A stretch of 64,000 nucleotides of DNA, taken from contig NC_092672.1 of the NCBI RefSeq assembly GCF_964355755.1, positions 34,292,437 to 34,356,436 of the forward strand. The letters run 5' to 3'. Shown here one piece after another: positions 1-13,300 of the stretch (position 1 is its first letter; every line of letters begins with the position of its first letter). The DNA is from Antedon mediterranea (taxonomy: Eukaryota > Animalia > Echinodermata). The position numbers and the translations under genes were made by a program. The notes beneath the pieces were generated by a model that saw only the letters and a list, made by a program, of their open reading frames with translations, was not told the DNA's origin and did not search any database.

Positions 1-1956
1 AAAAGTGTACAATGCTAATTAGCTTTGTCTTTGCTAATCAAACTAGTTTGACAACAAAAATGTGATGTGCCCATATATGGGCATGATGATGTCATATCAC
101 TACTATATTTGGGCTTATAACTATCATATTTGGGCACATCATACTTTTTTTGTCAAACTAGTTTGATAGTGTAGACAGAAGGCTAATGTGTGTTAATTTT
201 ATCAACATGATGATGTAAGAATGCTAGCACACATATTTTTCTTGGATTTGTTTGAAATTTTCTTTTGCCAACATATTATTTTACATAGTGAGCATATTTG
301 AATGTCCAACTTGGTAATAAACACAGCTACAGTAGAACATGATTTTCGTGTTGTTCTAGTAAAGGTCACGACCTGTAAGCTCCGGTATGGATTTCTATGT
401 ATTGACTGAATACCTTAAAGGTGTCAACTTTTTACCTTCAATGTTCAATATTCATAAACTCTGAAATGCCATCTTCCTATCCTATTACATCATATTGATT
501 ATACATGCATATCGTAGATACTCTAAAGTCCTTTTGATATTCATGATTTAATTTGAAAATCATAGGAAAATAAAGTACAGACATATATAATTAGTTTACT
601 ACCTGATATATTACGACAACATATTTGAGAAATGTCCTTTGTGGCCCCATACCAACATTTCAAACTTTCTATTGTAAAATCATATTTTGCAAAAATTGGT
701 GGTCTGGAGGAAGTTCTTTGTGTACTGAACTGTTCAAAAAGATTTTGTAAAATCAATATTGAACATTATTTTGTTCTTTTAAATTCTGAATATTCCTTAA
801 ATTTACTGTTAAAATGATGAAACAATGTCAAATAAAATCAGTCTATTTGGCTAGCCATGTTAAGCATAGCCTAATTATCTTTCTATATTCATATAAACAT
901 GAACATTCATTGATTATAATTCATTCTTTCACCATAGAATATTAATTCCAGTGGAATCGTATAGCTCTGTCTACACTATCAAACTTTATGTGAAAAATAA
1001 ATCTTATGTGCCCATACAGTATATGGACATGGTGATGTCATATCACTACCATATTTGAACATATCACTGCGATATTATCTGGGCACATCACACTTTTTTT
1101 TATTTAAACCCTTATACCATGATTATACATTTTGAAATCCACAATATTTATTGATCAAAAACATGCATCACAAAGTATAAAGCAGAATTACAAAGTATAT
1201 ATAATGTCTTAAAATGCTAAAATTACTGATTACTGAATGCAATGGATAAATATACAATATTTAGTACTGTAGTTTTGAGCGAATCTTACTATAGTAGATT
1301 AATATAGCTTAGAATATTTTTGGGATATTTACATTTGAATATTTACAATTGATAATATGTTATTTGTGTGTTATAAAACAAACCCAATATTGATACTACA
1401 CAGAATAAGTACCTTATTTCAATAATTTATTTCTTAATGTTTACATTTTAAAGTACACAAATGGATGAATCCTGAAGTGACCACTTTAAGTTCGTAATAT
1501 AAAATTAATCCTGATAAATGCGATTTAGAGTATGTATATATGTCAACACTTGAATATCAATTGTCATAATTTATACCGCTATAATTAGATGATTTCCAGT
1601 GATTTATTTTATTAAAATTCTTCGTTATTAGGTAAAGGTAATTGAATAATTAAGTGTTAATTTATTTTGGTCATGTTTTGTGATTTAAATCAATCAATTC
1701 CAATTACTACTTTTAGATGTCGATTTGGCTATAATATTGTAAAATAAGACATTTTTGGCGAAATCATACTCTATGTAATTAAACAGACAGACTAAAAACT
1801 TTTGACTGTATAAAAATAAGTTGATTGAGTTTATAAATGATACATTTGTTCAATAGGTGTTGAAACAACAGCTAGACATTTTTACTATACATTATAGAAT
1901 AACTTAACCCAAACATTTTTTCTTGTATTTATTATTGAACTTTTTCTGATTAATAG

Positions 1957-4900
1957 GTTGATGGAAATCTATTAATGACAATCTCTACAGATGAACTAAA
2001 ACAAGACATTGGTATATCAAGTACAATCTTGTGTCGAAAGTGAGTACAGTAGGATTTGAACTCAGGTAGGGTTGTTCTGGTCCAACAAGTGCTGTAAAGA
2101 AAGCATTTGAGAGATTTAAATGGTATAGTTAAAATCTATCATAAGGCTCTTTCTACACTAACAAACTTCATGTGACCAAAAATGTGTCCATATATGGACA
2201 TGATGATGTCATATCACTACCATATGGGGGACATACTGTATCACTAACATATTTGGCCACATCACATTTTTTTTGGAATAATTTCATTTGGATCCAAATG
2301 CATTTTACATTATAACACGTACAATTAACAGACGACATTATTAATACAGTATGTAGATCAACAGGTCTAATATGAAGTTTCTTAAATTATGCAATACGGC
2401 AGAATCCCACACAATTACCCAACTAATTAACATAATCTGGCAAAGTTACTCATGCATTTATGCGATAACCCATTCTGATTGTGTGGCTGCAATAATAACA
2501 TTAATGTTGTACTGCCAGCAGTATGTATGTACATGTGTATGACGTACATTTAAACATTCAATTATGCCATTTACATTTGGTATCATGATTTTCAATGAAA
2601 ATGCCTAATTGATATCAGTGTATGATTATGAATGTGTGACAAACATTGATTCTGAACATATGATGTAAGTTAACATTAAAAATGTGTATGATTAAACATC
2701 CTATGGTCTGTTTCATACTAGTTTGAACATCCTATGGTCAGTTTCATACTAGTTTGAACATCCTATGATCAGTTTCATACCAGATTGAACATCCTATGGT
2801 CTGTTTCATACTAGTTTGAATATCCTATGGTCAGTTTCATACTAGATTTAACATCCTATGGTCTGTTTTATACTAGATTGAACATCCTATGGTCAGTTTG
2901 ATACTAGATTGAACATCCTATGGTCAGTTTCATACTAGATTGAACATCCTATGGTCAGTTTCATACTAGATTGAATATCCTATGGTCAGTTTCATACTAA
3001 ATTGATCAATCCTATGGTCAGTTTCATACTAGATTGAACATCCTATGGTCAGTTTCATACTAGATTGAACATCCTATGGTCAGTTTCATACTAGATTGAA
3101 CATCCTATGGTTCATACTAGGTTGAACATCCTATGGTCAGTTTCATACTATGTTGAACATCCTATGGTCAGTTTCATACTAGATTGAACATCCTATGGTC
3201 AGTTTCATACTGGGTTGAACATCCTATGGTCAGTTTCATACTTGTGACCTTTCATATGTTTCATGATAATGTTATACATAAAGTCTCATGTTTAGTATTT
3301 ATCAGTACACCATATTGTTTGTGTGTGGGTATCTAACATTATAAAGTGCATAATCAGAACAGCTGCAGCACATTACTGGTAATGGACTTTTTATAGCATT
3401 TTCAAGTACAGTAGCAATTTATCTACTAAATAATCAACATTTTAATACTACCATAAATACCATTTTTAGTAGTGGTTAATCATTGATTATGGACAGATAC
3501 TGATTTGCATACAATACATATTTATCCAATTCTTGGAATGTTCTTTATTTACTTTCTAAGTTATAAATAAAACATAAATTCACTCTTACTCACTAACTTT
3601 TTTTTAAGCTTGTTCTAGAAACATTTTAAGGTTTTAAGTTTTCAGGCAGTCTGATATTTTGTTTAATTTCATTTGAATTTTTTTTTTAAATATTGAAGAT
3701 AATCAAAATGATCTATGTACAGTGTTGTTTAAATATTACTTTCTAATATCCATATGCATTTAAATATTAACAGCCTTAGGCTACTCATTGTAAGATCAAC
3801 ATTTGGATTTATAATTCAACTTAAGATAACAAATTACAATTTAACTTAGTCTTTGACATTTTAAGTTTTACTAATTTACAACCGATTTAAAATCAACTCA
3901 ATTACAACAATTAGATTTTAGAATAAATTTATAATTAATCTTCATTGTCAACATTGAATTCACTTTATTTATATTTATGATACAGTACTACTTATGATCT
4001 AGGGAAAGAATTATTATTTATAATTTATCAATGCTTTTAACCATGTTTTTAAATATTAATTTCTTTTACTTTATATTCTTTTAACAGGAGTATCTCCTGC
4101 AGTACACACCTCAAAAGATATAGACAATAAAATTACATGTACTATAATATTTATAGGTTTATACGAGAGCTTTCAGTGCTTAAAAGTAACTCGTATAGCG
4201 GAGATCGGGAACTTCACGAATGGCTGAAGAATGTTGGCGCAGAGTATCCACAATACGTCCACAACCTGGTACAAAGTGGTCTGGATATGAGTCTACTACC
4301 GTACGTCACAGATGAGATATTGAAGAGCGATGCTGGCATAACGAACGGTGTACACAGGCTGAAGATTTTAGTGCATGCACGCAAAATATCCGGAGGAAGA
4401 GGTACCATTTAAATTTAGATTCAGCATTATTGTTTTTGTTTTCTTTTTCTCTATTGTGTTGAGAAAAACTGTTATATCCAACTGTTTGCAGCATAACATA
4501 GGGTTGTGTTGAAAAAGAAAGAATTAATACCATTTTAAGCAACATAACAATATATTCTTACTTCACAGTGCCTTTTGGACCAGAAGACTACCCTAGAGTT
4601 TTTGACAGTCCTCTGAGAAAGACGAAATCGTCCGGTATACCAAAAGACATCCCAGATGCAAAACCACAAAAGACCCTTGACGTCTTCATCAGCTACAGAC
4701 GTGCCACAGGCTCACAGCTAGCAAGGTTCTAAATATGTTTTTTATAATTATAAGTTTATTTAACAATTATGCCTTCAAGATTTTGATTGTTAAGTTTGTT
4801 GGTTTAAGTATAAGGATAAGTCGTGACCTTTCGTAGACACAATTGGCTGTTTGCAAATACATTTAAATATGTTATAAACTTGGTGAATACTACTGTCAAT

Positions 4901-6641
4901 TAATGTTGTATTATATTAGTTTTCTAGCACCACATAACTACCTTCTTTAATGGCTACCACTTTATTATTAATTTGTTTTATACAGTATTTGGGGGTCACT
5001 CCTTTTACAACCAAATCCAAAAAAACAATCGTATTTATTATTGTTATTAGGACACTCAACAAACCCGATGAAATATATATTTATCAGATATGCCCCTATT
5101 AGGAGACCCTGTTAAGTCCCTAAGGTGTACCCTTAATAGGGGGTCCTACTCTATTAAATATTGTTAAATTAGCTATTGTACAGTTTAATACAGTACATTG
5201 CTTTTTACCTTTCTTACAGTCTCCTTAAGGTCCATTTACAACTCAGAGGTTTCTCAGTTTTCATTGACGTAGAAAAGTTAGAGGCAGGCAAATTTGACAA
5301 CAACCTTCTGAACAGCGTTCGTAGTGCACGCAACTTTGTCATCGTTCTCTCAACCAACTCATTAGATAAATGTATGGATGATCATGCTCAGAGGGATTGG
5401 GTTCATAAGGTATAAATATGTAACCAATTTGACATTATCATCTGTTCCAAAAGTTAATTCTTCACGCATTTATTCAGTTAAATAACTGGGGATGTCGTTA
5501 GATGCGTAAGCTTGTCAAACAAAAAAAGCCCCAACAATACAATGCAACATTCAACATGATGATAAATAGTTATACAATTTACTATAAAAAAAAAGAAAAT
5601 AAATTAAATGAAAGAAAATAATTAAAATGCACCATATTAGGCCCATTTTTGCACCATCCAAGTTAAAGCCCATTTTGACACCATCAATTTGTTTAAATAT
5701 TTAAAGATGTAATTTCCCCCAAAATCATGAAAAATGAAGATTAATAAAATCAGACTTCGGCCATTTTGCACTTTTAATAAAGTTATTCACTTCTGTGGGA
5801 AAAAATAATCATTTCACTTATAAAAAGACAAAATAAACAGTTAATTTTAACCAAAAAAACATTGTCTGACCAGGGAGGTATCTCCCTGGTCTGACAGACA
5901 ATTTAAGTATTCTTTCAGGTGAATAATTTTTTTTCAATCACGTTTTTGATTGTGTGACATATGGCATATAAAAAAAAAAATAAAGTATCATCCATACAGC
6001 GTTTGGATTGTGTGACATATGGCATATTAAAAAAAAAAATTGTAGAAAAATTATTTTTCAGGGTGATAATATATCTTTAATTATTTATGATCCTTTTGTT
6101 ACAGGAGGTAGTAACAGCCATGGAAAGTAAATGTAACATTGTTCCCGTTACTGATAACTTTCGATGGCCAAAGCCAGAAACATTACCAGAGGACATGAGA
6201 GCAATATGCTTCTTCAACGGTGTTAAGTGAGTTCATTCATTGATTTATTCATGTATTCGTTCATTTACATATCTAATATTTAAATAATGTTAATTTCAGA
6301 TATAAATGTCTATGTTATGCCTAACTTATATGGATAAACAAACACTAGTATAGGTTCTCCTGAGGGAGAGCCGTGATATGAAAATATTAAAGTTCATTGA
6401 ATATCCCTATACAATAATGGACTAATCCGCCAATCTTCTATTTTACAGATGGATCCATGATTATCAAGAGGCTTGTATAGATAAAATCGAAAGGTTCTTG
6501 CACTGTCAAGAAAACATGGGTCAACTCGGAGCAGTTGCTTCTATTATACGGACTGGGGCTGTTGGTGGTAGTAGCATCCATGGTGGTAGCACACGGAAAG
6601 AAAGTAGCGGAAGCGGCACCGGTAGTGCTTGCGGTGACTGA
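1957..6641 (+). CDS. SARM1: SARM1 NAD+ hydrolase, 3' part (SAM1 end, SAM2, TIR); 5' ARM exons lie upstream of the window
   Basis: Exons 1957-2039, 4157-4401, 4569-4725, 5220-5409, 6105-6226, 6449-6641 (TGA), all GT-AG and phase-compatible. Translation [33 protein letters not shown]...GVHRLKIL (SAM), [41 protein letters not shown]...DWVHKEVVTA...[32 protein letters not shown] (TIR, catalytic Glu kept). Confidence 0.96.
2692..3241. repeat. 31-bp minisatellite, about 17 copies, SARM1 intron
   Basis: Unit TTGAACATCCTATGGTCAGTTTCATACTAGA. Confidence 0.95.
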
Positions 6642-7483
6642 AAACACATCTGCAGTTTGTAACTTTTTACCCGTTTGTTTGTTGTTGTTGATAACCAGTG
6701 TACGTACAGACAACTCTCTCAAAATTTGATTCTTTAAAAAAACGAATACTTTCTTATATTCCAGGATTTTGTAATGATCCCTATGGTATTACAGTATTAA
6801 AAAAATTCAAATTGCATTCTGAATAATCAGGCCTTTCTAAACCCAGATTAGTTTATGGATGTCTGGTTTTGGAAAGGTTGACTCTACATTAGGATCATAG
6901 ACATTAGAAGGTGTTTGAGAAGTTTATAAAAAGAAAATTGTAATTAAGCGATTACAAATTTTGAGATACATTTTAAGAAAAAGTGTTTTAAAGTATAATT
7001 TTATTTATACTTCAGGATGTGACCAATGGGTTACCCTATTATTTTTGTTTATTTTATGTGTTGTTGACCATTATGTGTGTTTATGTGATATCAAGGTTAC
7101 CTTTGGGACATAAAAAAAATTATTCTTTTGAAGTTTACTGCACTGTATTGTGTTTGATAGTTTAAAGTTGCTATAAATTTATGATGTGCTACAATCAATA
7201 TAGTATTAACTAAGCAACTCAAAATCAATTTTAAATTGCAAAGCTAATTCTGAAGATAAATTTAAATTTAAAAAAAATACAAGAAGATACAATTAATACT
7301 TTTAAAAACTAGATACTATTTAGTTTATGAGAGATTAGTATGTATTATATATATAATTATATATATATAAACAAATCAGGCAAAGAACATTAATTAATTC
7401 TAAACCGCCCGGTGATATACTGAAATTTAATTAATTAATTTGAAACGATAAAGATGAGGAAATCTGTGAGAATGAGAAAAAGT

Positions 7484-7555
7484 CGCCCCAACCGAGACTC
7501 GAACTTGGACCGCCTGCTTGATATGCAGATGTCCTAACCATTAGACCACTGGGGC
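7484..7555 (-). tRNA. tRNA-Asp-like sequence with ATC anticodon (probably element-borne or pseudogene)
   Basis: Minus strand GCCCCAGTGGTCTAATGGTTAGGACATCTGCATATCAAGCAGGCGGTCCAAGTTCGAGTCTCGGTTGGGGCG folds as a 72-nt cloverleaf (acceptor GCCCCAG/TTGGGGC, D stem GTCT/GGAC, anticodon stem TCTGC/GCAGG, TTCGA loop, one T-stem mismatch), G73, followed by TTTTT. Confidence 0.65.
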
Positions 7556-8388
7556 TTTCATGGTATTGTTCGAACTCGATTGGATAGCGACTCTTATATA
7601 AGTATATATTATATATATGTATAAAATATTAAAGCTAGATCCTAAATGCTGGCCCTTAACATTAAGCCTGTTGACACTAAGCCAGCTGTTAACACTAACG
7701 TTAGCCTTTAACAATAAAGTTGGTCTTTAACACTGTCGGCCCCACTATATGAATACACTGTACACTGTATTATGTAAATTGCCATGGTTGGCATTTCAAT
7801 ATGATACTTTTCTTTTAAAGACTAAAAACCCCTAAAGATAGAAGAAGTTATGGTTGCAAGTCTTAAATTAAGACTATAAAATAACCAATGTGTAGACATT
7901 TTAACGTGTAGTATTTTATATGTAAAAGTTCTTGAAATTTTAACAAAAGCAAAACTATGAATTGTTGTCTCTTGTCATTCCTCAAGACATGGTACACACT
8001 CAAGCAATGTCCATCCGTTTGCTTCAACTTCAAATCAATAGTGAACCAATTTGTGTGTTGTTATATAGTGTACCGACCGTAATATTTGACCTAGATATTT
8101 ATATTAGATATTTTGTAAATTGTAATATATAAAAGGTACTATAATTATGTAGTATGTAAATGATGCTTACAAGCTTGTTTCTTGTTTTTTAACTAATTTT
8201 TATGCTTTTCCAACCCAATCTGGGCTTTATACATAATGCTGCAAAACTTGCAAATTTATCCATTTTAAACCATCAATAAAATCATGCAGAAATAGGTTCT
8301 TTCCTTTTTTATAAAGGTTTTTGGAAATATATGACTTAATTATATGCAATTGATGACATATATGTAGCCTTAAGATTGAGTGGTTTAA

Positions 8389-8701
8389 AGATATATTGTC
8401 CCCCTACTTTTTTTGTTTTTTAATAGGGCATTTTATTATCACAGTTATTCACTTTGACCAAAAACTGGATCGAAAAAATATTTACCTGAAAAAATGTAAT
8501 TTAAAACAAAAAATACTTAAATTGTCCTTCAGACAATGGTTTTTGGTTAAAATTAACATATTTTTTTTTACCGTTTTTATACGTGAAATAATTTTTTTTT
8601 TCTACAGAAGTAAATTACTATATTAAAACTCCAAAATTGCCTATTCAAAGTCTTTTTTTTATTAATCTTTATTTTTCATGTTTTTGGGGGACAATACATC
8701 T
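8389..8701. mobile_element. Non-autonomous Kolobok-like DNA transposon family A, copy 1
   Basis: TTAA-AGATATATTGTCCCC...GGGGACAATACATCT-TTAA; homologous to 20198-20544, with fragments near 5701-5860 and 46930-47125. Confidence 0.8.
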
Positions 8702-10116
8702 TTAAGTATTTCAAAAGGGAAATATGGAGTTGGGGTTGGGTGTGTATAATTGTAATAATATATATAGAGTGAAAATAATAAGCTTTAGTTGCTTTTAATA
8801 TCCATACTATTATTTTGTTTGCATACATGCATTAGACTAAGTTCTAGCCTGTAATTAGTAAAGATAAATATTTTGGCACATATGGCGTTTAATACATATA
8901 ATGTAATACTCGGACAAAAATTAGACAATAACTACAGACTTGGGCCACTGGTCTAATCATGCATGTAAATAACATGCCATATATTAATTCTGTATTTATG
9001 TATTAATGAACTTGTATTTGTTCATAGTTTATTATAAGATATAAAAAACACCATTCTTATTTTTATCTAAACATTTGAAAAAAAACTTTATTCCAGCCAG
9101 CACACCTTGTTTTTAATACCTAATTGACAGCTTTGCAATATATCTGTAGTATTATAAAATAATAACATATTTAATATGTGTTTACATTCCTTATAACTTA
9201 TTTTTTAGATCTTATATGTGAAGCTTGCAGTAATTAATATTAGATAAAATAATTTTATTTTCTTCAAAATAAAATCCTGTATTGCATGATAAAAGTCAAT
9301 TTCACAAGTTTATCTGTGATCTAGTGGTATTTGTGCACACCCTGTAAGCACAAGGTATTTGATTCAAATCGAGCAAGGGGTTGCTTTATCATGCATATTT
9401 CATATAGAACTTTTTATCTTTTATCTTTTATCTAAATGGATAAAATCAATTCTCTCATTTAATTTGTTATTATTTATAAATATGTAAGTTTTTAGCTGGA
9501 TTTACATATACCATAAATCTTTATTTTAAGTATGCAGCATTTGAATATTTTTTTTTTTTTTTTTTTTGCCATTTTATGTTAAAATACTGGTTTTTAAAAT
9601 CTTCCTATTTTATTTATGTAAAACACAATTGACATTGGGAACATTGGGTATATTTTTTCATAAAGTATTACTTAAAGTTAATACTAACAAGCTTGCTAAA
9701 ATAAGAAGTGCTTAATAGATGTGTTGAACACAAAAGTTACCCAATTTAAATTTTTTTAAATTCTAACATATCCTCTCTTGTTTGTTGCTGTTTCTGTATA
9801 CATTTTATTTGTTTGCTGTTCTGAATTGTTTTAATGCAATATTACATATTTTGTGCTATTATGATTATCATAGTTATGGAAATGATTTATCAAATTTATG
9901 ATAAAATAAAATGAAAAATAAATGTTTGTGTTTTTTATAAAAGTGGATCAATGAAATTAACTTTGTCAGAATGTCATGCACTACACCATACATCATAGTA
10001 CATACTATATATTAATTGATTAAAATATGCCTATAGAAAAGGATTGGAACTGGATCATTATATTTATATTCTTTGATAAAAATAAATACAGTATAGTATA
10101 TTAAAAGTTGTAGTAA

Positions 10117-10228
10117 TAGCGCCATCTGTGGTAAGGTTACGTCATTCAATTCAATTCCGTCATCTTCAAAGTTCAATAGAGCGGAACAGAAGGGGAAACA
10201 AAACATCGTGAGAATGAATATTTGGCGC
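10117..10228 (+). promoter_or_regulatory. Putative RPA1 promoter: CTCF-like, CRE-like and E2F motifs
   Basis: TAGCGCCATCTGTGG (10117-10131), TTACGTCA (10137-10144), TTTGGCGC (10221-10228), CpG-richer patch 90-200 bp before the ATG. Confidence 0.55.
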
Positions 10229-10317
10229 GAGAGCTATTTTTACTGCGACAACACTTTCTGTGTGACATGTTGTTTGTTCTCTTATAAAATCCATTGATTT
10301 TTCATAGTATTTCCAAT

Positions 10318-13300
10318 ATGAATCAGTTATCTTCGGGTGCATTAAAGGTAAATATCATGTTGACAAGGTTTTATTTTAAATTATAGGCGTAATTAAAACA
10401 ATGATTGAAATAAAAGCTAGCCTAGGCCTAGCCTAGGCCTACTAAATAAAATATTTTGTCATCCCATGATGAAATGGAACTGTGGGTTCATGCTTGTCTT
10501 GACTTGCTCAAACGGGAGGAGGCGAAAGATGTTTTGTTTAAGCCTCCAAGTCTAGGCCTAGAAGTAGAATATAGAGCTCGTCAACAGCTTGCTACAAATA
10601 ATGGAAATGAAATCGAAAATAACAAACTTTAAAAAAGAATTGACATTTTCATTGAATTTATCATTAATTTTGATATATTTTTAGCGGCATGCCACAATGA
10701 GTTTCAATTTATCCACATTTTTTATTCTTCCATCCACTTTACAGGAGATATCTGTGGACAGTAAACATGTAGATAAGCCTATCTTCCAGCTTTTGGTAAG
10801 TTTTATTTTGTTATCACAGGAAAGATCGGATAGGCTTATATTTATGTGTAATTTAAAACAATTCAATGTGATAAAATTTAAAAAAATGTAATTTATTTTT
10901 TGCTTTAATCTAAAACATCTAAAACATGTGTAATGAAAATAAAAAAAAAAAAAACAGAAAGCTCAACACGTTTAAAATGGGTTGGGTTGTTCAAGTTGCA
11001 GGCTTACATAATTGACTATTTTTGCAGGCTCTTAAGAAGATTGGAGCAAATAGTGGTACCAATGACAGATACAGGTTGCTGCTTTCTGATGGCGAACACA
11101 GTTATTCAGGTTTATAATTCAACCATTCAATATTTCAATCCAACAATTAAATATTTCAATCCATCGATTCAATATTTCAATCTATCAATTCAATATTTCA
11201 ATCCATCAATTCAATATTTCAATCTATCAATTCAATATTTCAATCCATCAATTCAATATTTCAATCCATCAATTCAATATTTCAATCCATCAATTTAATA
11301 TTTCAATCCATCAATTCAATATTTCAATTCAATATTTTAATCTATCAATTCAATATTTTAATCTATCGATTCAATATTTCAATCCATCAATTCAATATTT
11401 CAATCCATCAATTCAATATTTCAATCCATCAATTCAATATTTCAATCCATCAATTTAATATTTCAATCCATCAATTCAATATTTCAATTCATCAATTCAA
11501 TATTTTAATCTATCAATTCAATATTTAAATCTATCGATTCAATCTTTCAATTTATCAATTCAATATTTCAATCCATCAATTCAATCCATGGTTAAAATCT
11601 GATCCAGATCAATCTAGATCACCAATTGTAGGTGCCTTATTCCATGCTTTTTATTTTTATTTGACAGCTATGTTGGGAACCCAGCTAAACTCATTAGTGA
11701 GTGACAACAAACTTCAATCGAAAACCATCATACAACTTGACAAATACATATGCAATACAATCGGAGAAACGAATAAGTAAGTTCAATTGTTCAAAATGCT
11801 TTTTCTGACTCTGAAGAAATTAGTTCATTAAGAATTTTGTGAGTGGTACAATTTCAGGCATTTAAGCTGTTTGAACACAGTGTAGTGAGCAATTAAAAAT
11901 TCCTTCCCTTCACACAATACATTTGTGATCTGGATTTAAATATATCTCTTGTTTATTTGTAGAAAAGTTATGATAATATTGGAAGTATCCATTTTGAGTC
12001 AAGCGAAGGAGAAGATTGGTAACCCTGTACCTCTATCATCTACAAACCAACAGTCTGCTCCATCAGCACAAGCCCCACCTCCTGGTATGTATTTTTATTA
12101 CTTTATTTATTACTACCTGTTTATTTTTAGATCACACCCAAATGCTTCTAAAGATCTGTCTACACTATCAAACTAGTTTGACAAAAAATATGTGCCCAAA
12201 ATTATGATAGTGATATACCCAAATATAATAGTGATATGACATCATCATGCCCATATATCGCCACATCACATTTTTTTGTCACTTAAAGTTTGATAGTGTA
12301 GACAGAGCTTTAGACCTGGTCAGCAAAGAGTATCTGTTTAAATCATCCATGATATTATTCATTAAATGCTAATTAACAGGTAATTAATTATTTCAGCTCA
12401 AAACCCAGTACCAAACAAGCCAGTCCCAAAATTCCAAGGTAAGTGAAAACCTTATTTGATTTTTAATTAAAGGTAAATTTTAACCCCAAAAAAGATAATC
12501 ATGATATAATGAATAGTAAAGTTATATAAATTTATAACAAGGTGATACAAAATTACAGTACTCGCTGATTGCGCTTGATTCTCACTAGGATACAGCACGA
12601 CGTAGGCCCAACGCAAGTGACAATTTCAGTTATCCATCCATCTTTACCGATTGCTGCTTAACCTAATTTTTGGTATACCACTAAATTCTTTTTTTTAAGG
12701 TGGTAATTTGAATAAACCAGCTGGCGGTAGTTTTTATGGTAGTAACAACACACCAACAACTCCTGGCGGCACTCCTGCAGTTGCAAGACCAATAGCCAGT
12801 CTCACACCCTACCAAAACAGGTAAATTAATGATACAGTTTAATAGGCCTTGTCTCCTATAGACCAAAAATAGGCTTAGGAAAATATATATGTTTGTGGAG
12901 GCAGTTTTTCGGTATTGTATTGGTTCTTTCAATCCATCAATTCAATCAATGGTTCAATCCTGATCCGGTTCAATCTAGATCACCAATTGTAGAGTGCCTT
13001 ATCCATGCTTGTCTCTTGAAAATAATATAATTATTACTAGCCTAAATCTTCCAATCTTAAGGAATTTATTCCTCTTTTTGCTCGCAGATGGACTATCAAA
13101 GCACGTGTAACAAACAAGACACCGATCCGTAAGTGGAACAATGCTCGCGGTGAGGGTCAGCTGTTCTCGATGGACTTGGTCGATCAGTCTGGTGAAATAC
13201 GAGCCACAGCATTCAAAGAACAGTGTATAAAGTTTCATGATCTCATACAAGTTGATAAGGTAAAATAGATAGCAAATGTTTGCAGGGTTATCCAGCGCTT

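Noticed and set aside
541-817. Short AT-rich ORFs here and elsewhere in the track
   Set aside because: No recognisable motifs or splice-consistent context; intronic background or antisense shadows of exons.
2692-3241. CRISPR-like appearance of 27-55 bp arrays
   Set aside because: Units are contiguous with no unique spacers, no cas genes, and the context is eukaryotic.
4088-4156. Alternative upstream acceptor for the SARM1 SAM2 exon
   Set aside because: Introduces an in-frame TAA before 4157.
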